This document shows, piece by piece, positions 62,760 through 64,000 of a stretch of DNA of 64,000 nucleotides (positions are counted from its first letter, which is position 1; each line of letters opens with the position of its first letter). Below the pieces are notes generated by a model, which saw nothing but the letters and a program-made list of their open reading frames with translations, did not search any database and had not been told where the DNA came from. This DNA comes from Cenococcum geophilum (taxonomy: Eukaryota): positions 4,712,001-4,776,000 of the forward strand of contig CP158636.1 in assembly GCA_050273025.1 (NCBI GenBank), given 5' to 3'. The position numbers were made by a program, and so were the translations under genes.

Positions 62760-64000
62760 CTTCCTCTAGTTATAGAAAATATTCTTTATAAATAACTAGC
62801 ATTAGGCGGAGTTAGAAGTATATTAGAATATATAACCTAAGAATAAGGGTTAATACGCCTAGGACGTTTTGCCTACCTATAATTAATATTTTAGCTTAAT
62901 TAAGATCGCTTTAATATACCCTTTTAAGTAGGGCTCCTAGTAAATAATTAAGACTCTAAATAGTATTAGATTTAAAGCTATAAGGACTACTACTATATAC
63001 CACGTATATTCGCGACCGCGAAAATAATTATATCCTTAGAGGCTTTAAGCGTTTATTATATTACATACTTTAAAAGTCCCACATTCCGAACTAGTATAAT
63101 TATTAGTATATCTGCCTATAACTCCTCCATCTCTAGGTTAACTCTAGCATCCTAGGCAATATTAAGAAATTTAGGGAAATCTAAAAGACTTATTTACCCT
63201 TTTACTAAGTTAGTTTAAAGTAGGCTAGCACCTAAGTCTATATAAATTATAAACCGGGGTATATTCTCTAAATCTTAATATATACAGATTACAAGACCCT
63301 AAACGTTATATTTGTTAATATATTTAGGTAAAAGAGATTAATATACGTTTTAAGGCTCTATATAAGGGTACCCTATAACAGAATTTATAGCTCTATACCA
63401 AAGTCCTAATTTAGTACTAGCCCAGCCAGCTTTCTTACGTATATTTAACTGCGTATAAGTAAGGAGATATTAGGCCACTTTCTTAGTCTATCTAACTAGA
63501 GCATTACTAGACTCTAGGATTTAATTGGCGATTTTAGCTATAATCTTACTTTAAATAGCGTAATTTATGCGGTCTCGGAAGCGTATAGATATTACATTAC
63601 CCTTATTTACAATATCCTTAACTACCCCTTTAATCTCGTATAAACAAGCGCTGCTAATACCAAACCCGGATATAATCTGCTTATCCTTCCTAGGAGTTTT
63701 ACCGGTAGACTTATACTATGCCTTCTCTATAATATACACACTATCTAATTATATTGTTGCTATGCTAGGTATATATAGTATTAGCAAGGGACGGGGATTA
63801 AAGGTTTATAAATATTTGGCGGTTATAAATTAATTATAATAGGTACTATAGGATATAATACTGCTTTATATATTATTAGCGCTTAGAATAATATACTATT
63901 TAGTGTATTTAACTTACAATTTAAAAGGAGCAAGCCGTTATAGTTAGTTATTAAAATAGCTAGTAAATCACCGCAGATTACGGCTATTAGATTAGTTATA
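62760..64000 (-). pseudogene. RIP-mutated unidentified ORF upstream of SNF2 copy 2 (probably continues beyond the window)
   Basis: One minus frame of >250 codons broken only by TAA/TAG (e.g. SGFGISSACLYEIKGVVKDIV, KKAGWASTKLGLWYRAINSVIGYP). No visible similarity to 55450-57450. Confidence 0.5.

Larger units (their letters stand above)
38230..64000. other. AT-rich RIP-mutated transposon block
   Basis: Abrupt loss of long ORFs, strong TpA excess and CpA/TpG depletion. Recognisable motifs carry TGG->TAG, CAA->TAA, ATG->ATA and CCA->CTA changes. Confidence 0.95.

Overview
Filamentous ascomycete (intron-containing, probably Dothideomycete-like) genomic DNA in two sharply separated compartments. 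1-~38,000 is gene-dense, with ~19 loci: Paf1 3' end, COX14-like, DUF2458, a GPI-type Ser/Thr-rich protein, an MscS channel, eIF3L, a nitrilase-family hydrolase, an RRM protein, BCS1 and an OPT transporter. It ends in a decaying quinate-utilisation (qut/qa) cluster: intact intradiol dioxygenase and quinate dehydrogenase, frameshifted dehydroquinase, internally deleted qutG/qa-x, and a permease with a nonsense codon. ~38,200-64,000 is an AT-rich, RIP-mutated (CpA->TpA) block of nested mobile DNA. It holds a full-length chromoviral Ty3/Gypsy element with LTRs and TSD, several solo LTRs, a pogo-type MITE and a non-autonomous LTR element. Most notably, it holds a >14-kb unclassified multi-ORF unit. 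This unit begins with a ~170-bp foldback inside an LTR and carries two diverged copies of a module made of a SNF2-family ATPase gene and a 74/75-bp tandem array. All protein assignments come from motif recognition by eye; no database search was run.
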